Assembly (NCBI GenBank): GCA_945907755.1
Contig: CAMDTN010000007.1
Span: 856 to 64,855, forward strand
Source: Singulisphaera sp. GP187
GTDB taxonomy: Bacteria; Planctomycetota; GCA-002687715
Length of the DNA: 64,000 nucleotides
Reading direction: 5' to 3'
Positions 30,022 to 39,703 of the stretch are shown here, one piece after another. The stretch's first letter is position 1, and the number at the start of each line of letters is the position of its first letter. The translations under genes and the position numbers were made by a program. The notes beneath the pieces were generated by a model. The model ran no database searches and was not told where the DNA came from. It worked only from the letters and a program-made list of their open reading frames with translations.

Positions 30022-30792
30022 TTAGCGGCTACTCGCGTGCCAGCGCCGCAGCAACAAGTGCCCGATCAAACTGACCACTCCGAATAGGGCGAATCCGGCC
30101 ACGGTGCTGCAGGCCACTGCGGCAAGCACCAAAGCGGTGTTGCCTTCACGCATCGCCGTTTGGATGACCGTGCCGATGGGCGGGTCGGACACGAACGCGC
30201 CGATGAATTCGCCCACCACCGCACCAATCACAGCGAGCCCGGCCGCGATGCGCAAGCCGGTCACTACTTGCGGCAGCGCTGCGGGTAGCTCCAAGCGCCA
30301 CCAGCGCGCGAGCCTGCTGGCACCGCACACGCTGAACAATTCGTGCAGTTTGGGATCGCAAGAGCGGATGCCTTCGAGCGTGTTGGCCAGAACGGGAAAC
30401 ACGGCGACGATGGTGGCGCTTGCAACTACCGTGGGGCGTCCGTAGCCGCACCAGATGACTAATACCGGAGCGATGGCAACGACCGGCACCATTTGCAGCA
30501 GCGTGGCCAGTGGGTAAAGCCCGCGCCGCAAGAATGAACTGAAACTGATGATGCTGCCTGCAACGATGCCGCAGCTTGCCGCCAGAAGGAACCCGAGCAC
30601 CGCCGACAATGCGGTCTGCCCCAGCGCGCGCAACAGCAGCAGCGGCTGTGCCTGTGCCTCGCTTGCGACGGCGAGTGGCGCGGGCAGCACATAGTCGCCG
30701 GGTTGCAGCAACCACACTGCGCACTGCCAGGCAAAGAGCAGTGCAAGCAATACCAGCAGAGGAGGAAGCACCACGCGCAGCGCGCGATTCAT
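30022..30792 (-). CDS. ABC transporter permease (SsuC/TauC-like)
   Basis: LPAP, PVVAIAP, LPAALP..TGLRIAAGLAVIGAVVGEF. Confidence 0.9.
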   Translation of the reverse strand: MNRALRVVLPPLLVLLALLFAWQCAVWLLQPGDYVLPAPLAVASEAQAQPLLLLRALGQTALSAVLGFLLAASCGIVAGSIISFSSFLRRGLYPLATLLQMVPVVAIAPVLVIWCGYGRPTVVASATIVAVFPVLANTLEGIRSCDPKLHELFSVCGASRLARWWRLELPAALPQVVTGLRIAAGLAVIGAVVGEFIGAFVSDPPIGTVIQTAMREGNTALVLAAVACSTVAGFALFGVVSLIGHLLLRRWHASSR

Positions 30793-31589
30793 GACGCCAC
30801 TCCATTGGCGTTGTGCAGCGCTTGCACCACGCGCGCGACATCGTGCTGGTGTTCAGCGGAGAAACGCAGCGCGGCACAGCGCTCGCTGGGTGTCGTTTGC
30901 AAATCTGCCACGATGCGGCCACCCGAAGCACCAAGGACACACACGCGGTCTGCAACGAAAGCCGCTTCAGCGGCAGAGTGCGTGACGAGCACTAGGGTCA
31001 GTTTCAAGCGCTCCCAGAGGCGGCGCAGCTCGAGATCCAGTGCGGCGCGACGGATTTCGTCAACTGCAGCGAAGGGTTCGTCCAGCAGCAACAGTTGCGG
31101 CTGCGTCACCAAAGCGCGCGCTAGAGCCACGCGCATTTGCATGCCGCCGCTGAGGGCTGCGGGCAGTTTGGCGGCCGCGTCTTGCAACCCCACCAAACCC
31201 AGTTGTTCAAGCGCCGCGTTGCGCGCCTGCGTTGTCGTTGCACCGCGCAATCGCAGCGGCAGTGCCGCGTTATCCAGCGCGCTCAGCCACGGCAACAGGC
31301 GCGGCTCTTGGAAGCAGAAGGCGGCGGTGAAATCCGCAGCGCGTAGCGCGGTGCCTTCAGGATTGCTGCAAGTGATGCTGCCAGAGGAGGGTTGCAGCAA
31401 CCCGCCCAGCAAGCGCAGCAATGTGGTCTTGCCGCAGCCGCTAGGGCCAACGAGGGCGGTGCAGGACCCTGCGGTGCCGCTCAGCGTGAGGCCGGCGATG
31501 ACTGCGCTGCCAGCGAAATGCACAGCGCAATCTTGCAGCGACCAACTGACGCCAGAAAAAGGTGCGCCGCGCGCTGGAAGTGCATCCAT
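30789..31589 (-). CDS. ABC transporter ATP-binding protein (SsuB/TauB-like)
   Basis: GPSGCGKT, FQEPRLLPW, LSGGMQMR, LLDEPF, VTH. Confidence 0.92.
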   Translation of the reverse strand: MDALPARGAPFSGVSWSLQDCAVHFAGSAVIAGLTLSGTAGSCTALVGPSGCGKTTLLRLLGGLLQPSSGSITCSNPEGTALRAADFTAAFCFQEPRLLPWLSALDNAALPLRLRGATTTQARNAALEQLGLVGLQDAAAKLPAALSGGMQMRVALARALVTQPQLLLLDEPFAAVDEIRRAALDLELRRLWERLKLTLVLVTHSAAEAAFVADRVCVLGASGGRIVADLQTTPSERCAALRFSAEHQHDVARVVQALHNANGVAS

Positions 31590-31614
31590 GCGCGTGGCAG
31601 CGTATCAGGGCGTC

Positions 31615-32361
31615 TCAGCCGTCCTTCTTCTCAGTTGCCGCCGGAGGCTTCGGGCCGGCTTCCTTGGCCTTCGACTCGGCGACTTCAAGTGCCTTTTCAG
31701 CTTCTTCCAAGCGATTGCTCATCTCTTCGATGCTCCTGCGCAGTGCATCGACGCGCATCTTTGCGCCAGCGGTGCCTAGGTGCTCGCCTCTGGTCATCTG
31801 GACCATGTGCTCGCGCATTTGACCGAGGCGCGCTGCCGCAACTTGCCCACGCATGAGCCCGTTCAGCATCGGACGGCCATGTGGAGAAGCCGCAGGTGGC
31901 GTAACGCGTCTGCCGTTGACCCAGACTTCGACGTTGGTGGTGTCGGACTTGGCGGCATCGGCGTCTTGAACTTCGCAGATCACCTCGCACACGCCTTCCG
32001 CGCCCTCGGGGCACTCGGCGCAATCGATTTTCATGCCCTCGGTGACGATCCTCGATTCGCAGCTCTCGCCGAGTTTGAGTTCAGAGCCCTCGACCTTGAT
32101 GCCTTCGAGATTGAGCGTTGCACCGTCGAGATGCATTAGCCTCATTGATTGCGCACTTGTGCTGCTGCCGCCGCTGTCACCAGCTTCAGGCCCGGCCACG
32201 CGAAGGCGGATGGCCTTGGCACCATCGGGAGCGCTAGTTTTCACCGTACGCACACGCACCACCTTGGCATGGGTGGCCTCGGCCGCCGCGGGTTCGGTGG
32301 TGCTGGAACAAGCCGCAAACAAGAGCCCGCAGGCCACCAGTCCAAGTAGCGCATTTTTCAT
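31615..32361 (-). CDS. Hypothetical lipoprotein
   Basis: MKNALLGLVACGLLFAAC lipobox; Cys-rich segment (C..C...C...C) and a C-terminal coiled coil. Confidence 0.6.
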   Translation of the reverse strand: MKNALLGLVACGLLFAACSSTTEPAAAEATHAKVVRVRTVKTSAPDGAKAIRLRVAGPEAGDSGGSSTSAQSMRLMHLDGATLNLEGIKVEGSELKLGESCESRIVTEGMKIDCAECPEGAEGVCEVICEVQDADAAKSDTTNVEVWVNGRRVTPPAASPHGRPMLNGLMRGQVAAARLGQMREHMVQMTRGEHLGTAGAKMRVDALRRSIEEMSNRLEEAEKALEVAESKAKEAGPKPPAATEKKDG

Positions 32362-32535
32362 CAGGTTTCTCCGTAGGTTCGAGCAGGAAAGGGCACCAGT
32401 CTTCTGCGGTGCCCGGCTGCCGCGACCATGTCGCGATGTGTCCGGGTCGTCAGCGACGGCCTTGCTGGGCCTTACGGGTCGCGCAGGGGCGAGGCTCCAC
32501 GCGGCGGCGCATCCAGTGGCTACCATTGCGCAGCC

Positions 32536-33786
32536 ATGCCCATTCAAAACCCACACGCAGCGCTGTTCGCGCGCATTCATGCCGATTCAACGCGCATGGA
32601 GGCGGACTTGGCTGCTTGGGTGGCAATGGACACCCATAGCGCCAACAAGCAGGGCGTGGACGCGTTGGGAGCGCTGCTGTGCACGCGTCTTGAAGCCATG
32701 GGCTTTCGAGTGGCTGAATTGGTGAACGGTGTGCATGGGCGCACATTGGTGGCACGGCGCGGCCCCCGTCCAACGGATGTTAGTGGTGGCGACGACGGCC
32801 CGCGCAACGCGGCCACGCACCCCATACTGTTGCTGGGGCACATGGACACGGTGCATGCGGCCTCGGCGGGCTTCAATTCCTTGCAGCGCGTGGAAGGCAG
32901 CACGCACGCCAAAGGCGCAGGGGCGGCGGACATGAAGGGCGGGTTGGTAGTTCTGTTGCACGCGTTGGAGGCGTTGCATGCCGAAGGCCTGTTGGATCGC
33001 CGCGCACTCCGCGTGGTGCTGAATGGCGACGAAGAAGTGGGCTCGCCAGCGAGTGGCGAACTGATCCGCGCGGAAGCGACGGATTGCGGCTTGTGCTTGT
33101 GCTTCGAAGCAGGGCGCGTCGCCGATGGCGGCAGCACTTTTGTGACGCGGCGCAAAGGCATGATGCGTTTGAGCGTGCGCGCTCGTGGCCGCAGTGCGCA
33201 TGCGGGAGTGGAACCAAGCCTCGGCGCCAGCGCTGTGCGCGAACTCGCGGGCAAAGTTGGGCCCATCGAAGACCTCGCCGACGCAGCGACGGGCACCACG
33301 GTTTTGGTGGGCACTTTTCATGGCGGCACAGCAGCCAACACGGTTCCCGAAGAAGCCACATTGGATATTGATGTGCGCTTCGATGACGACGATGTGCGCC
33401 AGCAAGTGGAAGACGATTTGCAAGGCATTTTGCGCAAGCCGGTCGTGCGCGATGCTGCGGGGCGGCCGCGCGTGGCCACCACCATTCGCGAGCGCGTGTT
33501 CCGGCCGCCGATGGAAGCGAGCGTAGTTAGCGAGGGTCTTGCGGCAGAATTGGTGCGCCTTGCAGCCGAGCACGGCCAAGTGTTGGTGCCAGAAGCGCGC
33601 GGCGGCAGCAGCGATGCGGCCCTTGCGGCGGATGTCGGTTGCCCCGCGCTGTGCGGTTTGGGTGCTGTGGGCGGCGCATTCCACACCCGCGACGAATGGG
33701 TGGACTTGGCCAGCTTGCCACAGCGCACAGTGTTATTGGCGCGTCTGATTTTGGACCTTGGGCTGGTGCCCGAGCCGCGGAAGTAA
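32536..33786 (+). CDS. M20 family metallopeptidase (carboxypeptidase G2-like)
   Basis: GHMDTV, GAADMKGG, GDEEVGS, GRSAHAG, GGSSDA, FHTRDEW. Confidence 0.9.
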   Translation: MPIQNPHAALFARIHADSTRMEADLAAWVAMDTHSANKQGVDALGALLCTRLEAMGFRVAELVNGVHGRTLVARRGPRPTDVSGGDDGPRNAATHPILLLGHMDTVHAASAGFNSLQRVEGSTHAKGAGAADMKGGLVVLLHALEALHAEGLLDRRALRVVLNGDEEVGSPASGELIRAEATDCGLCLCFEAGRVADGGSTFVTRRKGMMRLSVRARGRSAHAGVEPSLGASAVRELAGKVGPIEDLADAATGTTVLVGTFHGGTAANTVPEEATLDIDVRFDDDDVRQQVEDDLQGILRKPVVRDAAGRPRVATTIRERVFRPPMEASVVSEGLAAELVRLAAEHGQVLVPEARGGSSDAALAADVGCPALCGLGAVGGAFHTRDEWVDLASLPQRTVLLARLILDLGLVPEPRK

Positions 33787-33790
33787 TGCC

Positions 33791-35032
33791 ATGACGCAGC
33801 AACGACTGTTCATTGCAGATTCCCGCAAGCTGGATTTCTTGGACGAAGGCAGCGTGCAACTGGTGGTCACTTCGCCGCCGTACTGGCAGTTGAAGGATTA
33901 CGGTTTCCGCGAGCAGATTGGTTTCGAACAGGATTACGCGGCGTACTGCGCCGACATGGCGCAAGTGTGGGCTGAATGCCTACGAGTGTTGGCCCCGGGT
34001 TGTCGCTTGTGCGTGAATGTCGGCGATCAGTTTGCGCGCGCGCGCATCTATGGCCGCTACCGCGTTTTTCCCATTCACGCCGATGTGATCACTGCGGCGG
34101 TGGCATTGGGCTTCGATTTCCTTGGCAGCATTATTTGGCGCAAACTCACCAACACGCACAGCTCAGGCGGTGGCGTGGTGATGGGTTCGTATCCGTACCC
34201 GCGCAACGGCATCGTGCGCTTCGACTATGAACACATTCTGATGTTCAAGAAGCCGGGGGAATCGCCGCCGCCTTCGAAGAGCGCCAAAGCGAAATCTGCG
34301 TTGACTGCCGCAGAGTGGAAAGAGTTTTTCTCAGGGCACTGGACCATCCCAGGGGCTCGCAGCGAAAAACACCTCGCGCCCTTCCCGCAAGAATTGCCCG
34401 AACGCTTGATCCGCATGTTCAGCTTCAGTGGCGAAACGGTGTTGGACCCATTTGTGGGCAGCGGCACTACGCTTGCGGCGGCGAATGCGTTTGGTCGGGC
34501 AGGTATTGGCGTGGACATCGACCCATCCAGCGAAGCGCACGTGCGCGAGAAACTCTCCGGCCCCGAAGGTGGCGGGCTCTTCGAGCGCGTGGAGTTGGTG
34601 GTGGAGCAGCGTATTGCCGCGCGCCCAGCGGCACCTGCGGACGGTGCATTTTTCGGAGCTGTGGTAAGCAAGAAGGATCGCGGCAAACAGCGCTTTGTCG
34701 GTGTGCGTGATCGCGTGGCCGAAATCCTCGGCCCGAATCGCTTTGTCACTAAGGCGGGGCGCAGTGTGATGCTCTTGGGCACCGCTCCAAAGACAGGCAA
34801 GCAAACCGCGGCGATGAAACGACTGGAAGCCTTGCTGAAGGGCCACGCCTTGGTGCTGACAGACCGCCGCAAAGCGCCATTCGACGAAACGGACGGCGCG
34901 GCCTATGTGCACTTGGACAACCGGACTTTCGTGAACAGCCGCATGATTCGCGAAGGTTTGCTGCAGCCGGATGCCGCAGACAGTGCCCATCATCACGCCG
35001 CGAAGTTCCGCAAAGACGCGGGCCTCGGCTAA
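33791..35032 (+). CDS. N4/N6 DNA methyltransferase (beta class) with a C-terminal thermonuclease-like domain
   Basis: VTSPPYW motif IV precedes VLDPFVGSGTT motif I; H.APFP.ELP.RLI; C-terminal AYVHLDNRTFVN..MIREG. Confidence 0.88.
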   Translation: MTQQRLFIADSRKLDFLDEGSVQLVVTSPPYWQLKDYGFREQIGFEQDYAAYCADMAQVWAECLRVLAPGCRLCVNVGDQFARARIYGRYRVFPIHADVITAAVALGFDFLGSIIWRKLTNTHSSGGGVVMGSYPYPRNGIVRFDYEHILMFKKPGESPPPSKSAKAKSALTAAEWKEFFSGHWTIPGARSEKHLAPFPQELPERLIRMFSFSGETVLDPFVGSGTTLAAANAFGRAGIGVDIDPSSEAHVREKLSGPEGGGLFERVELVVEQRIAARPAAPADGAFFGAVVSKKDRGKQRFVGVRDRVAEILGPNRFVTKAGRSVMLLGTAPKTGKQTAAMKRLEALLKGHALVLTDRRKAPFDETDGAAYVHLDNRTFVNSRMIREGLLQPDAADSAHHHAAKFRKDAGLG

Positions 35033-35043
35033 CATCCGCACCC

Positions 35044-36144
35044 ATGGCCACACCAGAAGCGCAACCAGCTCAAACGGGAATGCTGCGCCGCATCCTCGCG
35101 TTCGGGCTGCTGGCTTTAGTCGTTGTGCTGACATCGATGATCGTCGCGCCGTTTTTGGCGGGGCTGTTGTGGGCGATCATCCTCAGCCTTGTGCTCTGGC
35201 CGCTGCATCAGGGCGTGCGGCGCTTGATGCCAGCTCCGTTGTGGTTGGCGCCGACAGTGACCACCTCTGTGATGACGCTGATGTTGGTAGTGCCGGTGGT
35301 GGTTGTGTGCGTCATCGTAGTTAACGAAGCCTCGCAGTTGATCCGCCAATTGCAAGATTTGCTCGAAGGCCGCACCGGCGACTTGGTCGGCGTGCTGCGC
35401 AGTTTGCCCGTGGTGGGCGAGAACCTCGCTGACGGGCTATTAGATCTGCGCTCGCAAGGCACCATCGTTCCGGCGGTGGTCAACGCGAATAAGAATGAGT
35501 TGGTGGCGTTTGTGGGCCGCGTCATCGGAGGGTTGTCGCGCAATTTGTTCGAGCTCACCATTTGCGTGGTCACCAGTTGGTTCTTCTTCCGCAACGGCGA
35601 AGACCTTGCGGGGCAAGCGCAGCGCGCCATTGCGCGTGCGGGCGGTACCTATGCCAGCGCGTTCATCCCCGCCATTCGCAACACGCTGCGCGCAGTGGTT
35701 TACGGGCTTGTCGTTACCGCCGCCGCCCAAGGTGTGCTGATGGCGGTGGGCCTGTGGGTGGCAGATGTGCCCTATCCGCTGTTGTTGGGCTTACTGACCT
35801 TCTTGCTGTCGTTCGCGCCCTTCGGCGTGGTCTTTGTATGGCTCGGCAGCGGCATCGCTTTGCTGTCCGAAGAACGCACGTTGGCCGGCGTGCTGCTGAT
35901 CCTCTACGGGTTCCTCGTGGTCAGCAGCATCGACAATGTCCTGCGCCCGATCTTCATTGGGCGCGCGGCCAAACTGCCCTTCTTGCTGGTGTTCATCGCC
36001 ATTCTGGGCGGCATTTCCAGCTTCGGATTGGTGGGCTTGTTCCTTGGGCCCGTCGTTGTGGCCGTTGCGCTAACTCTGTGGCGCACTTGGGTGCAAACCC
36101 GCGAGGCACCGACGGATGCGCCGTCAACGACTGCAGGTCAGTGA
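35044..36144 (+). CDS. AI-2E family transporter (YdiK-like)
   Basis: TM pattern; IDNVLRP, LGGISSFGLVGLFLGPV. Confidence 0.88.
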   Translation: MATPEAQPAQTGMLRRILAFGLLALVVVLTSMIVAPFLAGLLWAIILSLVLWPLHQGVRRLMPAPLWLAPTVTTSVMTLMLVVPVVVVCVIVVNEASQLIRQLQDLLEGRTGDLVGVLRSLPVVGENLADGLLDLRSQGTIVPAVVNANKNELVAFVGRVIGGLSRNLFELTICVVTSWFFFRNGEDLAGQAQRAIARAGGTYASAFIPAIRNTLRAVVYGLVVTAAAQGVLMAVGLWVADVPYPLLLGLLTFLLSFAPFGVVFVWLGSGIALLSEERTLAGVLLILYGFLVVSSIDNVLRPIFIGRAAKLPFLLVFIAILGGISSFGLVGLFLGPVVVAVALTLWRTWVQTREAPTDAPSTTAGQ

Positions 36145-36212
36145 CGTGTCCGCACTGCGGTGACCATAGTTTGGGCGCTTCCGCCGAGCGGCTTGCGCCG
36201 GAGATTGTTGCA

Positions 36213-36785
36213 ATGGGAATCAAAGTTGTTGATGTGCGCAAAGGCATGGTTGTTATCTACAACGGCGAATTGCACCTCGTGTTGGAATTCGAACATCACA
36301 CGCCCGGCAACTTGCGCGCGGTGAATCAACTGAAGATGCGCAATTTGAAATCTGGCGCCAGCGTGCAGCAACGCATGAGCAGCGGCGAAATCTTGGAGCA
36401 AGCATTCTTAGATCAGCGCAAGTGCCAATACCTCTATCGCGATCAGGGCACTGGGCACTATGTGTTCATGGACCTCGAAACGTTTGACCAACACGAACTG
36501 ATCGAAGCGCTGATTGCCGACAAGATCCATTTCGTGAAAGAGAACCAAGAAGTTGTGGTCACTTTTCATGATGGCCTTGCGCTGGGACTGGAGCTGCCGT
36601 CGTCGGTGGTGCTCACTATCAAAGAAGCCGAAGGCGCTGCACGTGGCAACACCGTGAACAACACCTTTAAGAATGCTGTCACCGAAACGGGCCTGACTTT
36701 GAAGGTGCCGTCGTTCATCGAAGCAGGGGAGTTGGTGAAAGTCTCTACCGAGACCGGCGAGTTTCAGGGGCGCGCCAAGGCCTGA
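36213..36785 (+). CDS. efp: Elongation factor P
   Basis: HHTPGNLRA tip, QYLY, FMDLETFDQ, RGNT, ETGL..KVP.FI..GE...V.T..GE..GR. Confidence 0.93.
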   Translation: MGIKVVDVRKGMVVIYNGELHLVLEFEHHTPGNLRAVNQLKMRNLKSGASVQQRMSSGEILEQAFLDQRKCQYLYRDQGTGHYVFMDLETFDQHELIEALIADKIHFVKENQEVVVTFHDGLALGLELPSSVVLTIKEAEGAARGNTVNNTFKNAVTETGLTLKVPSFIEAGELVKVSTETGEFQGRAKA

Positions 36786-36789
36786 GCTC

Positions 36790-38697
36790 ATGAATGCAGA
36801 GGCGCCCTTCTTCTCCGCGCCGGGTTGTCGCGTCCAGCAACTGGATGCCGAAATCTGGCAAGCGTGGAGCCCGACGGAAGTGCTCATCTGCTCTGCGGCT
36901 GTGCGCTTGTTGCAAGGCACGGTGGGGCCGGGCGTGGCGGTGTATCGACGTACAGATTTCTGGGCAGCGCCACAGTTTTGGCAGCAAACTGCGCAGATTC
37001 CCGACCGCTCCATGCTGCTGCTGTGGCAAGAGGGCACGCGTTATGCAGCGTTGTTGCCGCTGACTGGGCGCGATGCGCGCGTGGAGCTTGCGGCTCGCGG
37101 CGACGGTGTGTTCGCGCTGGTGCAGACCTGCCACGACGAGACTTTCGAACAGGCGGTGCCGCTGGCCATCGGCGGGCGCGGCGACAATCCGTATGCGTTG
37201 ATTGAGCGCTTGTTTGATCACGCGGCGCGCTTGATCGGCACTTGTCGGCGGCGCGACCAAAAGCTGGTGCCAGAGTGGACGCGGCGTATTGGCTGGTGCT
37301 CGTGGAATGCGTTCGGCGTGAAGGTGAACGAGGCGGACATGCGCAGCGCCATTGCCAGCTTCGAAGGCGCGCCTGTGCAGTTGGGCTACATGTTGTTGGA
37401 TGACGGCTGGCAGGATGCCGATGCCGAAGGGCGTTTGCTGTCTTGCGAGCCCAACGCCAAGTTCCCGCGTGGGCTTGCACCGCTGATTCACGAGGCGAAA
37501 CGCCGCTTGGGCCTGCGGCATTTCGGCGTGTGGCACGCATGGCAAGGCTATTGGAAAGGCGTTAGCCCTGATGGGCCGATTGCGAAAGAGTATCGCGTGT
37601 TGCCCAACGGTTTGCTGCACCCCACCGAGTGGGCGCGTTTCTACGACAACTTTTATGCGCAGCTTGCGCGTGCCGGTGTGGATTTCACCAAGGCCGACAA
37701 CCAGAATTACACAGGGGCGCTGCTGCGCGAGCATTACGCGCATGTGTCGGGCATGCACCTTTTGCGCGATGGCGTCGAGGCCGCTTCTGCACGCTGGCTC
37801 AACAGCACTTTGCTGAACTGCATGTCGCAAGAGAGCACAGTGCTGTACCAACTGTGGCACACCAATGTGCTGCGCAACTCGGATGACTTTTACCCCGATC
37901 GTGCCGGCAACCCTGAAGAGCACATCTTGCAGAATGCGTGGAACGCGCTGTGGTGTCGCACCCTCGCTATTCCGGACTGGGACATGTTCCAATCACATCA
38001 CGCGCAGGCTGCGTGGCACGCGGCAGCGCGGGCGGTGAGTGGCGGGCCCATCACCATCACCGATACGCCGGGCAAGCAAGATTGGGAATTGCTGGGGAAG
38101 TTGGTGTTTCCCGATGGGCGTTTGCCGCATTTGGATGACCACGCGGTGCCGACGCGGCGCTGCTTGTTGCAAGATCCACGCGAAGGCGCGCCACTGGTTA
38201 TTTGGAATCGCAGTGGCGCTGCGCGCATCGCTGCTTGTTTCGACATTTCAGGGAAGGGCGGCATGTGCAACATCGGCCCGCGGGATCTTGAGTTCGCGGG
38301 CGAAGGGGCGCCGCAGGGTTATGCGCTGCTGTCGCAACAGCGCGGTTGGCTGGGTGCGCTGGGGCTGGACGACACCATTGACATCGAGCTTGCGCCGTCA
38401 GGCTTTGATGTGCTGACGATGGTGCCAGTGCACGAGGGCATTGCAGCCTTTGGTGTGGAGCACGCGTTCAATCCGCCGGGCTGGTTAGGTGCGCAAAGTT
38501 TGACGCGCGATGGTGGTGCGCTGCATTGGAATGCAGAGCTGCGAGCCACTGCGCCGATTGTGCTGGGCGTGTTGCATCAAGCGGCGTGGGTCAAATTGAA
38601 CGGCAAAGAGGTGCCGTTCTCGCAGTCGGGGCCCTTGGTGCGCGTCGACATGCCACGCACGAGTGTGCCCGGAGTGATCGATCTGCGTTTGCACTAG
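36790..38697 (+). CDS. GH36 Sip1/raffinose-synthase-related alpha-galactosidase
   Basis: GWCSWNAF, LLDDGWQ, VWHAWQGYW, KAD nucleophile, RNSDDF, PDWDMFQS, AAARAVSGGP. Confidence 0.9.
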   Translation: MNAEAPFFSAPGCRVQQLDAEIWQAWSPTEVLICSAAVRLLQGTVGPGVAVYRRTDFWAAPQFWQQTAQIPDRSMLLLWQEGTRYAALLPLTGRDARVELAARGDGVFALVQTCHDETFEQAVPLAIGGRGDNPYALIERLFDHAARLIGTCRRRDQKLVPEWTRRIGWCSWNAFGVKVNEADMRSAIASFEGAPVQLGYMLLDDGWQDADAEGRLLSCEPNAKFPRGLAPLIHEAKRRLGLRHFGVWHAWQGYWKGVSPDGPIAKEYRVLPNGLLHPTEWARFYDNFYAQLARAGVDFTKADNQNYTGALLREHYAHVSGMHLLRDGVEAASARWLNSTLLNCMSQESTVLYQLWHTNVLRNSDDFYPDRAGNPEEHILQNAWNALWCRTLAIPDWDMFQSHHAQAAWHAAARAVSGGPITITDTPGKQDWELLGKLVFPDGRLPHLDDHAVPTRRCLLQDPREGAPLVIWNRSGAARIAACFDISGKGGMCNIGPRDLEFAGEGAPQGYALLSQQRGWLGALGLDDTIDIELAPSGFDVLTMVPVHEGIAAFGVEHAFNPPGWLGAQSLTRDGGALHWNAELRATAPIVLGVLHQAAWVKLNGKEVPFSQSGPLVRVDMPRTSVPGVIDLRLH

Positions 38698-38740
38698 GCC
38701 ACTGCCACGCGCAGCGCCCGGCGCCGCGCGCAAGCAGCAA

Positions 38741-39181
38741 TCACTCAGTGGCTTCGAGGGCCTGGCGCAGCAAGCGTTCGACTTGAAGTAATGCGGCGCG
38801 ATAGCGCGCGCGGTCGGCTTCCACTTCTTTGAAGCGTTCGAGGAACACGCTGAGTTGCGCGGCAGAGGTTTCCGAGAGCGAAGCGCGGGCGCTGCGAAGG
38901 GTGCGCTGGTGCAGCCCTTCGCCGCCGCCGCCGCCGTCGAGATGTTGCGTCGAAGGCTGTTGCTGCGCGGCCGCTTCGTCGCGCAGGCGCTTGCGGCGCA
39001 CGCGGCCGTCATCGGTGATCATGCCCAGCAGCGCCTTGGCGCGGCCATACATGATGGGATAGATGGAGAATCCAGCAGTTTCAGCCGCAGCGCGCAGCTC
39101 GCCGTAGGGGCGGTCGCCGTTAGCCTTCAGGTAATCGAGGATGAAGGCCATCGCCGGAGAGTTGCTCGACTTGATGTCCAT
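38741..39181 (-). CDS. Hypothetical small protein
   Basis: Natural codon pattern; helical N-terminus (YPIMYGRAKALLG), basic linker, C-terminal coiled coil. Confidence 0.7.
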   Translation of the reverse strand: MDIKSSNSPAMAFILDYLKANGDRPYGELRAAAETAGFSIYPIMYGRAKALLGMITDDGRVRRKRLRDEAAAQQQPSTQHLDGGGGGEGLHQRTLRSARASLSETSAAQLSVFLERFKEVEADRARYRAALLQVERLLRQALEATE

Positions 39182-39279
39182 GCTGGTGTGCTTTCTTATG
39201 CGGCTCGTGCTTTGCAGTTTGCCGACAAGCTCCGTCGGCGCTTAGAGGGTATCAGAGGCGGGGTGAGTTCAAGCAGCAC

Positions 39280-39624
39280 TCAGAGCCCCCACTTGGCACG
39301 GTTTGCGGCAACTTGCGCGGGAGTGGGCTTTGGGGTGTCAGGGTTTTCGACCGCAAGCTCGAACTCAGAGCGCCTAGAATCGGCCAGAGCGTTGAGGGCG
39401 ATGTCGTCCGTGCAAACGGCGGGCACGGAATCGTCTTGGAAGATTGCTTCCCAAGGGCAGGCTGGCTCGCAGGCGCCGCAGTCGATGCACTCGGAGGGCG
39501 CGATGTAAAGCTGGTTGGTGTGCTGGGTCGTGTCCGTAGGCACGAAGAAGCAGTCCACCGGACACTCTGCTACGCACGCTGTGTCCACATTGTCGCGACA
39601 GAGACGAGTAACAACCCAAGTCAT
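39280..39624 (-). CDS. 7Fe (FdxA-type) dicluster ferredoxin
   Basis: C.......CVAECPVDCF...LYIAPSECIDCGACEPACPWEAI; AGGAG RBS. Confidence 0.92.
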   Translation of the reverse strand: MTWVVTRLCRDNVDTACVAECPVDCFFVPTDTTQHTNQLYIAPSECIDCGACEPACPWEAIFQDDSVPAVCTDDIALNALADSRRSEFELAVENPDTPKPTPAQVAANRAKWGL

Positions 39625-39703
39625 GGCAGTGCTCCTATCTTGCTGTGATTTCAATTCCAGAACCGCTCATAGATTGGCCCCTTTGCGCCCGCTTTGCAAG
39701 TGG

